DNA of 64,000 nucleotides from an uncultured Chlorobiota bacterium (GTDB lineage Bacteria > Bacteroidota > Ignavibacteria > UBA10030 > UBA6906), in NCBI GenBank assembly GCA_900696645.1, contig CAADGV010000007.1, positions 195,029 to 259,028 of the forward strand, in the 5' to 3' direction. Below the pieces are notes generated by a model. The model was not told the DNA's origin, ran no database searches, and was given only the letters and a program-made list of their open reading frames with translations. Shown here one piece after another: positions 37,405 to 45,930 of the stretch. Made by a program: the position numbers and the translations under genes. The stretch's first letter is position 1; every line of letters begins with the position of its first letter.

Positions 37405-37800
37405 ATGGCTGATAACAACGGAACCACAAAAGGATTCATTTTCGGATTGTTGGCGGGAAGCGCCATTGGCGCCATGCTTGCCCTCCTTTACGCGCCCAAA
37501 AGCGGTAGAGAGCTGCGCGCAGATATCAAGGCGAAAACCGATGAGCTGATTGATGATGCGGAAGGAATGGTAGAGAGGGCGAGAACAAAAATTCCCGAGA
37601 TTGCCAGTGAAGCCAAGAAACGCTCGGAGCGGGTGATTTCGGATGCAAAATCACAAGCAGACACCCTGATGCACGATGCCGACCGCGTGCTGACAAATGT
37701 GAAGCAGCGCTCTTCCTCAATCATCGACGAGAGTATCAAAGTGAAGGATGCTGTAAAGGCGGGAGTTGACGCATTCAAGCAGGAGCGCAACCGCTCGTAA
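37405..37800 (+). CDS. YtxH-domain (general stress, DUF948-associated) protein.
   Basis: The YtxH signature is FIFGLLAGSAIGAMLALLYAPKSGRELRADI, followed by a coiled coil. Confidence 0.6.
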   Translation: MADNNGTTKGFIFGLLAGSAIGAMLALLYAPKSGRELRADIKAKTDELIDDAEGMVERARTKIPEIASEAKKRSERVISDAKSQADTLMHDADRVLTNVKQRSSSIIDESIKVKDAVKAGVDAFKQERNRS

Positions 37801-37824
37801 TCCAACAAGCAAAGGAACTACTCT

Positions 37825-38211
37825 TTGGAAACTGCACTCTTGATTGCTCAATTGGTGGCGCTTGTCGCGGTAACCGCAGTGTGTATCTTTCTCATCCTGG
37901 TTCTCATTCGCGTGCGGGAAATGCTGACCAAGATTGAGCGTGATATTTCGGCGGTGACCGAGCGGACGATGCCTGTTCTCGAGAACATCGATTATATTTC
38001 TTCGCGTGTCAAGAACATCACCGACAACATTGACGATCAGGTGTTGATGGTACGCGAGTCGATGGGCTCAATCAGGGAAATCGCTGACAATATCGTGTCG
38101 CTGGAGCGGCAGGTACAATCACGGATTGAAGGCCCCATTCTTGATACTGTGGCTCTAATCGCGGCACTCGTCAAGGGCGTGAAAGCATTCACATCCCGCC
38201 TTCGAGCGTAA
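37825..38211 (+). CDS. DUF948 (YtxG-like) membrane protein.
   Basis: An N-terminal TM, then a coiled coil with (I/L)xxNIDxxV repeats. It pairs with the upstream YtxH gene. Confidence 0.55.
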   Translation: METALLIAQLVALVAVTAVCIFLILVLIRVREMLTKIERDISAVTERTMPVLENIDYISSRVKNITDNIDDQVLMVRESMGSIREIADNIVSLERQVQSRIEGPILDTVALIAALVKGVKAFTSRLRA

Positions 38212-38240
38212 CCTCTGTTCGCAAGACAGGGGTTTTTTGT
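38211..38240 (+). terminator. Possible rho-independent terminator.
   Basis: A CCTCTGT / ACAGGGG stem followed by TTTTTTG. Confidence 0.4.
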
Positions 38241-38483
38241 TCTTTGTAAGAATCTTGTTACCAACTCTCCGATTCTCTACACCGGGCAATACGAGTGGAT
38301 TTTCAAGAGCGAACCATCGTGGTTGATAAGGGAAACACTTCTTTGTTTCGGTTTCACTTCACTTCTTCACCCCGAGGCAGAACGGCTATGGAGCGCCGGC
38401 GTGTGCCGGATTCCAGAAGCGAAGTCATTTTTCACTCGAACATCATATCATAACATCTCCTTATTGGAGGCACGGAAATATCT

Positions 38484-40592
38484 ATGAAAGAATTTACACC
38501 TGAGAACATTCGCAATGTGGCCCTCATCGGCCACGGAGGGGCGGGGAAGACTTCGTTGGCCGAGGCTCTGCTCTTCTCCGCGGGAAGTACTACGCGCCTC
38601 GGCAAGGTTGAAGAAGGAAATACACTTTCCGACTACCACCCGGACGAAATCGAACGTCAAATCTCCATCAACACATCTGTTCTCTTCTGTGAATGGAAAG
38701 CAACCAAAATCAATATCCTCGACACTCCCGGCTACACGGATTTTACCGGCGAGGTGAAAAGTGCTCTGCGGGTTGCTGACACGGCGTTTGTGCTTGTCAA
38801 GGCCGTTGAAGGTATCGAGGTTGGGACAGAAATTGTCGGCAAGTACACAAATGAGTACAAGACCGGCGTTGTCTTCGTCATCAACAAACTCGACAATGAA
38901 AACTCGGATTTCGACAGAGTCGTGCAGCAATGCCACGACTATGTCAGTCATGAGGTCGAAGTTGTGCAGTTTCCTCTCAATCAGGGGCTTGCATTTGATA
39001 CGGTGATCGATGTGATCAAGATGAAAGCCCTGAAGTACCAGCGCGGCGGCAATGGAAAGTACACGGAATCGGAAATTCCTGCCGAAGCAAAGGAGAAGGC
39101 TGAAACCTACCGCCGCAAGCTGCTTGATGCCGTTGCCGAACTCGACGAAACGTGGATGAACAAATACTTCGAGACAGGGACACTCACGGACGATGAACTG
39201 AAAGCCGGGTTGCATCGCGGGATTCACGAGAGAAATCTCTTCCCGATTCTCTGCTGCTCGGCAGCCCACAACATCGGCGTGACGGATATTCTGGATTTTA
39301 TTGTTGAAGACTGTCCCTCGCCACCGGAAATCGGAGATACACACGCGAGGCCTGTCAGTGTTACGAACGGTAACAACGATGTGACCGTGAAACCCGATCC
39401 GAAGGGTGAACCATCGTTGTTCATTTTCAAGACTGTCTCAGAGGCCCACGTAGGCGAGCTTTCATTCTTCCGGGTGTATTCGGGCACCATTACGCCGGGT
39501 ATGGATATGGTCAACGAAGCGAACGGCAAACCCGAGCGTCTCGCGCAAATCTACATTATGAACGGCAAAGAACGGAAGGACGTCAACAAATTAATGGCGG
39601 GCGATATCGGCGCAGTAGTGAAGTTGAAGGATACACACACCAACGATACGCTCAGCAGCAAAGCATTCCCCGTTGTGTATGCACCGATTGTTTTCCCGGA
39701 GCCTGTGTATCATCTCGGCATTGTTCCGAGGTCGAAGGGGGATGAAGACAAGATTGCAAACGGACTTCATTCTCTTCATCAGGAGGATCCGACATTCGTG
39801 TTCCGTGTGGATGCCGAGTTGCATCAGACGATTATCAGCGGACAGGGTGAGCTTCACCTTCAGGTAATCGTGAAGCGGCTCAAGCAAAAATTCAATGTTG
39901 ATGTTGATCTTGTTGAACCGAAAGTGGCGTATCGTGAAACGATCAAAGCCATTGCAAAAGATGCCGAGTACAAACACAAAAAGCAAAGCGGCGGTCACGG
40001 ACAATACGGCCACGTTCATCTCCGTCTTGAGCCGTTGAAGCGGGGACAAGGGTTTGAATTCCTCGATGAGATTGTGGGTGGCGTTGTTCCCGGAAAGTTC
40101 ATCCCGGCGGTGGAAAAAGGTGTCGTCGAGACGATGAAGGAAGGTGTGCTTGCCGGCTATCCCGTGGTGGACGTTCGCGTGGCGCTGCATTACGGTTCGT
40201 ATCACGATGTAGATTCGTCCGAAATGGCCTTCAAGATTGCCGGTTCGCAGGCATTCAAGAAAGGGTTCATGGAAGCAAAGCCGATTCTTCTTGAGCCGAT
40301 CTACAACATCGAAGTGAAGGTTCCGGAAGATGCGATGGGTGAAGTCATGGGAGATATTTCCGGCAGACGCGGGAAGATTCTCGGAATGGACAGCGCGGGG
40401 CATTACCAGATTATCCGGGCACAGGTGCCGCAGGCCGAACTTCACAAATATGCAACGGTTCTTCGCTCGAAAACCGGCGGGCGGGGCGTCTTCAGTGCCA
40501 GCATGTCGCATTACGAGGAAGTGCCGAGAGAACAGGTGGAGAAGATCATCGCGGCATCAGATAAGAACAAGAACAAAGAGCAGGAAGCATAA
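38484..40592 (+). CDS. EF-G2-type elongation factor G paralog.
   Basis: The five-domain EF-G architecture has a divergent P-loop (VALIGHGGAGKTSLAEALLF, versus AHIDAGKTT in canonical fusA). This is the type known from Thermus EF-G-2. DTPG and NKLD motifs are present. Confidence 0.8.
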   Translation: MKEFTPENIRNVALIGHGGAGKTSLAEALLFSAGSTTRLGKVEEGNTLSDYHPDEIERQISINTSVLFCEWKATKINILDTPGYTDFTGEVKSALRVADTAFVLVKAVEGIEVGTEIVGKYTNEYKTGVVFVINKLDNENSDFDRVVQQCHDYVSHEVEVVQFPLNQGLAFDTVIDVIKMKALKYQRGGNGKYTESEIPAEAKEKAETYRRKLLDAVAELDETWMNKYFETGTLTDDELKAGLHRGIHERNLFPILCCSAAHNIGVTDILDFIVEDCPSPPEIGDTHARPVSVTNGNNDVTVKPDPKGEPSLFIFKTVSEAHVGELSFFRVYSGTITPGMDMVNEANGKPERLAQIYIMNGKERKDVNKLMAGDIGAVVKLKDTHTNDTLSSKAFPVVYAPIVFPEPVYHLGIVPRSKGDEDKIANGLHSLHQEDPTFVFRVDAELHQTIISGQGELHLQVIVKRLKQKFNVDVDLVEPKVAYRETIKAIAKDAEYKHKKQSGGHGQYGHVHLRLEPLKRGQGFEFLDEIVGGVVPGKFIPAVEKGVVETMKEGVLAGYPVVDVRVALHYGSYHDVDSSEMAFKIAGSQAFKKGFMEAKPILLEPIYNIEVKVPEDAMGEVMGDISGRRGKILGMDSAGHYQIIRAQVPQAELHKYATVLRSKTGGRGVFSASMSHYEEVPREQVEKIIAASDKNKNKEQEA

Positions 40593-40611
40593 TTTCGTTA
40601 TTGTCCCGGAG

Positions 40612-40646
40612 AAAGGTTGGCGCCGAAAGCTCCAACCTTTTTCTTT
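40612..40646 (+). terminator. Rho-independent terminator after EF-G2.
   Basis: An AAGGTTGG / CCAACCTT stem followed by TTTC. Confidence 0.5.
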
Positions 40647-40717
40647 GCATCAAACTTTCATATTTTGCGGGCCGTTGGGGGAGATGCAGGCGGTGTTCAC
40701 TCTAATCAGGAGAGTTC

Positions 40718-41269
40718 ATGAAACGCATGTGGTCGCCGTGGCGTTCGGCATATTTGGAGACGTTCAAAGATCTGCCCAAGAAAAGCAAATCGGGGAAGAG
40801 CATTTTCATACGGGCGTTGGAAGAGAATGACGACGACAAACACTTCATCGTCCACCGGGGAAAGTACTGTTTTGTCATCCTGAACCTGTACCCGTACAAC
40901 AGCGGCCATCTGATGGTTGTCCCGTACAAGCAAACGGGGCGCTTCGATCGACTTTCTGATGCCGAGCTTGCCGAAGCCATGAAACTGGTACGCATCAGCA
41001 TCAATGCGCTTGATAAGAATATGAAGCCCGAGGGGTTCAATTTTGGCGCAAACCTCGGACGCGTTGCCGGGGCCGGAGTCAAGGGTCATGTCCACTTCCA
41101 CATTGTGCCCCGCTGGAACGGCGACACGAATTTCATGCCTGTTCTCTCCGATACAAAGGTGATTTCCGAGGATATGCGTACAACGATGCTGAAATTACGC
41201 AAAGCTTTCAAACAGGCAGATGGCATCAAACGCAAGAAGCAGAAGCAGAGCGGCTCGTCCCGGCGTTAA
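40718..41269 (+). CDS. HIT-family nucleotide hydrolase/transferase.
   Basis: The HIT motif GHVHFHIVPR is present. Confidence 0.75.
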   Translation: MKRMWSPWRSAYLETFKDLPKKSKSGKSIFIRALEENDDDKHFIVHRGKYCFVILNLYPYNSGHLMVVPYKQTGRFDRLSDAELAEAMKLVRISINALDKNMKPEGFNFGANLGRVAGAGVKGHVHFHIVPRWNGDTNFMPVLSDTKVISEDMRTTMLKLRKAFKQADGIKRKKQKQSGSSRR

Positions 41270-41315
41270 ACATTCTCCCGAAAACCTTGTCTAATACAGT
41301 AGACGACAAAGGTAC

Positions 41316-41879
41316 ATGAACCCACTGACCGACCTCGAACTTGTGCAACAAGTTCGGAAGGGAAAGCGAGAAGCTTATACGGAACTGATGCGACGTTACC
41401 AGCAACGCGTGTACTGGGTCGCCCGTCGGATTGTGGGCAATCATGACGATGCCGATGATATTGCGCAGGAGACGTTTGTGAAGGCGTATCTTGCGCTGGG
41501 TGATTTTCGGGGCGATTCAGGATTCTTCACGTGGCTGTACCGGATTGCGGTGAATCTGTCGCTTAACACAATTCGCAAACAGCAGGTGATGAACTACCTG
41601 CGGGAGAGCCCGATGATCTCGTCTCTGCTGCCCGCGAAGGAGAATCCTCACGCAGAGCTGGAAGCGAAAGAGTTGGAATCGAAATTACAGCGGGCTGTTG
41701 CCCTTCTGCCGGAAAAGCAAAAGGCGGTTTTTGTAATGCGATATTATGAGGAGATGAACTACGAGGAGATTTCCGAAGTTCTCAAAACAACGGTCGGCGG
41801 ACTGAAGGCGAACTATTTTCATGCACTGAAAAAAGTGCAGGAGTATCTGAAAGATGAAATTGCGACGATCAAAGATTGA
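41316..41879 (+). CDS. ECF (sigma-24-type) RNA polymerase sigma factor.
   Basis: Region 2 reads RRIVGNHDDADDIAQETFVKAY. Region 4 reads EEMNYEEISEVLKTTVGGLKANYFHALKKV. Confidence 0.85.
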   Translation: MNPLTDLELVQQVRKGKREAYTELMRRYQQRVYWVARRIVGNHDDADDIAQETFVKAYLALGDFRGDSGFFTWLYRIAVNLSLNTIRKQQVMNYLRESPMISSLLPAKENPHAELEAKELESKLQRAVALLPEKQKAVFVMRYYEEMNYEEISEVLKTTVGGLKANYFHALKKVQEYLKDEIATIKD

Positions 41880-42387
41880 AATAACCGATTCGGCGGAACG
41901 CGAAGCAGAAGAAGCCGTACGGCGTCTTGCATCGGAATCGACAGAATCAGGGATGTCGATTCCCTCAGCAACTCATTTTGCCAATCTGATCGTCAGGACG
42001 AATCAACGCATCGATCATGTCACCAGCGGCGCGGCGCTTTCCATCAGTTGGCTGGCACGTGTTGCCGTACCCGGTGTCGTTGCAATTCTCTTCTTCTTCA
42101 TCGGATTGCATTACTACGGGCCCGGGACCACCAGTCGTAACAGTTCGATAGCGGAAGCCATGCGTGCTCTCCCTGCCGGTGTGATCGATTCGCTGTTGTA
42201 CGAATCGTCGGCTGCTTCCGGCTCCGTCGCAGCTGAAATTCCTGATGACGTGCTTGATGTATCGAACGTCCAACTGGCCGAGTTCTATTTTGCCTCGGGA
42301 ATGCCGGCGAGTATTCTGGAAACACTTCCGCAGCAGCAGGTGGCGGAGATTGCCGCAATCCTTGAATCCCGTTCGACGAATCTCTAA
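41854..42387 (+). CDS. Putative anti-sigma factor (membrane protein).
   Basis: It overlaps the sigma gene's 3' end. There is one TM (VPGVVAILFFFIGL). The family assignment comes from position only. Confidence 0.5.
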   Translation: MKLRRSKIEITDSAEREAEEAVRRLASESTESGMSIPSATHFANLIVRTNQRIDHVTSGAALSISWLARVAVPGVVAILFFFIGLHYYGPGTTSRNSSIAEAMRALPAGVIDSLLYESSAASGSVAAEIPDDVLDVSNVQLAEFYFASGMPASILETLPQQQVAEIAAILESRSTNL

Positions 42388-42414
42388 AACATGAAACAAC
42401 AGGAGTCATCAAAC

Positions 42415-42888
42415 ATGAGAACTCTACTCGCAACATTCGTGCTGCTGTTCTGCGCAACATTCGTCTATGCTCAGCCTCCCGTGGGCGGACCCGGATTTGA
42501 GCGGGTTGAACGGTTCAAGAAAATGCGAATGGTGGAGATGCTGGAGTTGAACGAGGAACAATCCGTGCGCTTCTTCGCCCGTCACACCGAGATGGAAAAC
42601 ACCCGACGGGCATTGGAGAAGCAACGCGACGAAGTACTCGACAAAATCGAGCGTCTCATCCGCAACAAGGCGGATGCAAAAGAGTACGAGAAGCTTTTCT
42701 CTGAAGTCGAATCTCTCAACAGACAAATCGGGGAAGAGAGGCAGAAGTTCTTCAATGGACTTGGCGATGTGCTCACGGTTGAGCAGCAGGCCAAGTTGCT
42801 GCTCTTTGAGCGCAGGTTCGAGAAGGAATTGCGCGAGGCAATCCGCGAATCCCAGCAACGCCGCCGCGGAAGAATGGGCGACATGTAA
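42415..42888 (+). CDS. Periplasmic LTXXQ-motif (Spy/CpxP-like) stress protein.
   Basis: A signal peptide MRTLLATFVLLFCATFVYAQ. LTxxQ-like repeats (LELNEEQSVRF ... LTVEQQAKLLLF). An RBS CAGGAG precedes the second ATG. Confidence 0.6.
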   Translation: MRTLLATFVLLFCATFVYAQPPVGGPGFERVERFKKMRMVEMLELNEEQSVRFFARHTEMENTRRALEKQRDEVLDKIERLIRNKADAKEYEKLFSEVESLNRQIGEERQKFFNGLGDVLTVEQQAKLLLFERRFEKELREAIRESQQRRRGRMGDM

Positions 42889-42980
42889 CGCATTCTTCCG
42901 ATCAAATTACTCCAACCCGAAACGGAGGCATATCTCACCAACTGCCTCCAATGTATATCATATCAATTACCAAGAAGCGG

Positions 42981-44309
42981 ATGTTTATTCTACGCTCCCG
43001 GCGCATCGTCACTCCTGATGGATTGCGAGATGCCGCAGTAGTCATCAACGATGGCAGAATCAGCGATGTCATCAATCCGGACGCCATTCCTTCAGGTGCA
43101 GATATCGAAGATGTCGGAGAGTTGGTTGTTGCGCCGGGACTTGTTGATCCGCACGTTCACATCAACGAGCCGGGCCGGACGGAATGGGAGGGATTTGCAA
43201 CTGCGACACAATCCGCCGCCGCCGGAGGGATAACTGCTGTTGTTGACATGCCATTAAATAACTCTCCGGTTACGACAACAGTCGAGGCTTTTGAAAAGAA
43301 ATTGGCGGCTGCAAAGGGGAAGTTGCATGTAGATTGTGGCTTTCATGCCGGACTTGTTCCTGACAATGCATCGTTGATGGAGCCTCTCTTTAGATCGGGC
43401 GTGCTTGGAGTGAAGGCTTTTCTGATCGATTCCGGAATCGATGAATTCCCTCCGACATCGGAGGAGAACTTACGTACAGCAATGCCTGCAATTGCAGAAG
43501 CCGGCCTGCCCCTGCTCGTCCACGCAGAGTTGCAGACTCTGCCGTTTCAAGCCGTGCCTCAGTATGCACGAAGTTATGCCGCATATCTCAACTCCAGACC
43601 AAGACAATGGGAAAACAACGCCATTGCAATGTTGATCCGGCTCTCCGAAGAATTCGGTTGCAGAGTACACATTGTTCACTTATCTTCATCAGAAGCTGTT
43701 TCAATGCTGCGGAAAGCGAAATTGCGCGGCGTGAAGATAACAGCAGAAACGTGTCCGCATTATCTCTTTTTTTCTGCAGAAGAAATTCCTGAGGGCGCTA
43801 CGCAGTTCAAATGTGCTCCGCCTATTCGTGAGAGAGAGAACAACGAGAAACTCTGGGAGGCATTGCGTGATGGCATCATCGATTTCATCGCATCGGATCA
43901 TTCGCCCTGCCCTCCCGAAATGAAGTTGATGGAAACGGGCGATTTCATGAATGCATGGGGTGGAATAGCGTCTCTGCAATTCAGCATGTCAATAATGTGG
44001 ACGGAAATGCGGAGAAGAGGTTTTTCGATTTCGGATATTTCCAGATTGATGTCGGCACGTCCCGCAGCACTCGTCGGGCTGGAGAGGAGGAAAGGCAAGA
44101 TCGCCCCAACGTATGATGCCGACCTTGTTGTGTGGAATCCTGAAGAGTCATTCACTGTCGAACCGTCATTAATCCATCATCGTCACAAGATGACTCCGTA
44201 CGAAGGACGAATTTTGTACGGCAAAGTGAAGGCAACATACGTTCGAGGTATCAGAGTGTTTGATGACGGGAAATTCTCGACAGCGGCAGGCAGAATTCTT
44301 ACACGGTAG
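42981..44309 (+). CDS. allB: Allantoinase (cyclic amidohydrolase).
   Basis: Metal-binding motifs DPHVHINEPGRTEWEGF, FKAFL, HAE and SDHSP. The start was taken at the internal ATG (MFILRSRRIVTPDG). Confidence 0.75.
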   Translation: MFILRSRRIVTPDGLRDAAVVINDGRISDVINPDAIPSGADIEDVGELVVAPGLVDPHVHINEPGRTEWEGFATATQSAAAGGITAVVDMPLNNSPVTTTVEAFEKKLAAAKGKLHVDCGFHAGLVPDNASLMEPLFRSGVLGVKAFLIDSGIDEFPPTSEENLRTAMPAIAEAGLPLLVHAELQTLPFQAVPQYARSYAAYLNSRPRQWENNAIAMLIRLSEEFGCRVHIVHLSSSEAVSMLRKAKLRGVKITAETCPHYLFFSAEEIPEGATQFKCAPPIRERENNEKLWEALRDGIIDFIASDHSPCPPEMKLMETGDFMNAWGGIASLQFSMSIMWTEMRRRGFSISDISRLMSARPAALVGLERRKGKIAPTYDADLVVWNPEESFTVEPSLIHHRHKMTPYEGRILYGKVKATYVRGIRVFDDGKFSTAAGRILTR

Positions 44310-44351
44310 CGCATAGTTCATCAGTTCACAATCCAAAATCCCTCAAAATGA

Positions 44352-45374
44352 ATGTCTCTGGATACTGAAAGCGCCGCGGCTTTTTCCGGCCTTATTGATC
44401 TTGCCTCCGAACGATTGGGCGGCAAAGCGCTGATTGCAAGTGACGAATTTTTTGCCGAAAAGCAAAATCTCCTGAAGCCCGGCCGCGGTATTTTCATACC
44501 GGACAAATACACTGATCGCGGCAAGTGGATGGACGGGTGGGAATCACGCCGAAAGCGTACGCCGGGACATGATTGGTGCATTGTCAAGCTTGGATTCGCA
44601 GGAATCATCAAGGGCGTCGATATCGATACGAATCATTTTGTCGGAAATAGTCCGGCTTATGCTTCGATTGAAGCATGCAGTACCTTGGGCGATCCATCGA
44701 GCGAGTTGTTAGCCGGCCCCGGGACGCAATGGTTTGAAATTCTGCAAAAGTCGCCGCTTCGCCCCGGCGTACAGAATCTCTTTGCAGTTGCAAACGACAT
44801 GGTGTGGACTCATGTTCGTCTCAACATCTTTCCCGATGGCGGTGTCGCCCGGCTAAGAATTTATGGAGATGTTATTCCCGATTGGAACAGCTTGAAGCAA
44901 GGGGAACTGATCGACCTTGCATACATTGGCTCAGGCGGAAAGGTTGTAGCTGCGAGCGACATGTTTTTCGGTAAGAAAGAGAATCTCATTATGCCCGGAC
45001 GGGCTGTTAATATGGGAGATGGCTGGGAGACGAAACGCCGCCGCGGGCCGGGTCACGATTGGGTAATTCTTCAGTTGGGTGCGCCGTGCACGGTTCAGAA
45101 GATCGAGGTGGACACATGCCATTTCAAAGGCAACTATCCCGATCGATGCTCAATCGATGCGCTGTATGCTCCCGATTCCACCGTCGATGCGTTGACGTGG
45201 CTGGAGTTTCAGTGGAAGGAAATTCTTCCTCAAACAAAGTTGCAAGCTGATACCCAACACTCCTTCGAAAAGGAGTTGAAACCTCTTGATGTTTGCACGC
45301 ATGTCCGGCTGAATATCTATCCTGATGGGGGAGTAAGCAGAATGCGGGTATTGGGGCGTGTTGCTTCCGAATGA
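44352..45374 (+). CDS. alc: Allantoicase (two tandem allantoicase repeats).
   Basis: Both repeats carry DGWESRRKRTPGHDWCIVKLG and DGWETKRRRGPGHDWVILQLG. Confidence 0.8.
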   Translation: MSLDTESAAAFSGLIDLASERLGGKALIASDEFFAEKQNLLKPGRGIFIPDKYTDRGKWMDGWESRRKRTPGHDWCIVKLGFAGIIKGVDIDTNHFVGNSPAYASIEACSTLGDPSSELLAGPGTQWFEILQKSPLRPGVQNLFAVANDMVWTHVRLNIFPDGGVARLRIYGDVIPDWNSLKQGELIDLAYIGSGGKVVAASDMFFGKKENLIMPGRAVNMGDGWETKRRRGPGHDWVILQLGAPCTVQKIEVDTCHFKGNYPDRCSIDALYAPDSTVDALTWLEFQWKEILPQTKLQADTQHSFEKELKPLDVCTHVRLNIYPDGGVSRMRVLGRVASE

Positions 45375-45381
45375 CTAAAGT

Positions 45382-45894
45382 ATGACTCTGCACGAATTCA
45401 ACAGTCTCAGCAATGAGGCAGCGTTGGATGAACTATTGCGATGTTGCGGCTCACGCCGTTGGGCGAAGCAAATGGTTGCACGACGCCCGTTTTCGACGCA
45501 GGATCAAGTGTTTGCCGCAGCCGATGAGATATGGCAGAGTTTCGCCGAATCAGATTGGAGGGAAGCTTTTGCCCATCATCCGAAGATCGGCGACGTAAAG
45601 AGTTTGCAGGAAAAGTTTGCGTCTACCGCACGCTGGGCTTCAACTGAACAAGGCGGCGTTGTGACAGCGAGCGAGGAAACTCTAAGAAGTCTCGCTGAAC
45701 GAAATCAACAGTACGAAATGAAGTTTGGCTATATCTTCATAGTCTGCGCAACCGGAAAATCCGCTGAAGAGATGCTGGCACTTCTCAATAGTAGAATGTC
45801 GAATCTTCCGGATACTGAGATTCTCGTTGCCGCCTCAGAGCAAGCAAGCATCACACGGCTCCGGCTCAAAAAACTGTTATCAGTTGAATCGTAA
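45382..45894 (+). CDS. uraD: OHCU decarboxylase (2-oxo-4-hydroxy-4-carboxy-5-ureidoimidazoline decarboxylase).
   Basis: The N-terminal signature is LNSLSNEAALDELLRCCGSRRWAKQMV, with AHPKIG. Confidence 0.75.
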   Translation: MTLHEFNSLSNEAALDELLRCCGSRRWAKQMVARRPFSTQDQVFAAADEIWQSFAESDWREAFAHHPKIGDVKSLQEKFASTARWASTEQGGVVTASEETLRSLAERNQQYEMKFGYIFIVCATGKSAEEMLALLNSRMSNLPDTEILVAASEQASITRLRLKKLLSVES

Positions 45895-45930
45895 ACAAAT
45901 GTCCATACATCTTCTGTAATACTGAATCCC

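Noticed and set aside
38448-40511. Two long antisense ORFs (298 aa and 306 aa, minus strand) inside the EF-G2 gene.
   Set aside because: The sense strand encodes a complete, motif-rich EF-G. The antisense translations have no recognisable domains and are rich in codon-complement artefact residues (R, L, F, H, C).
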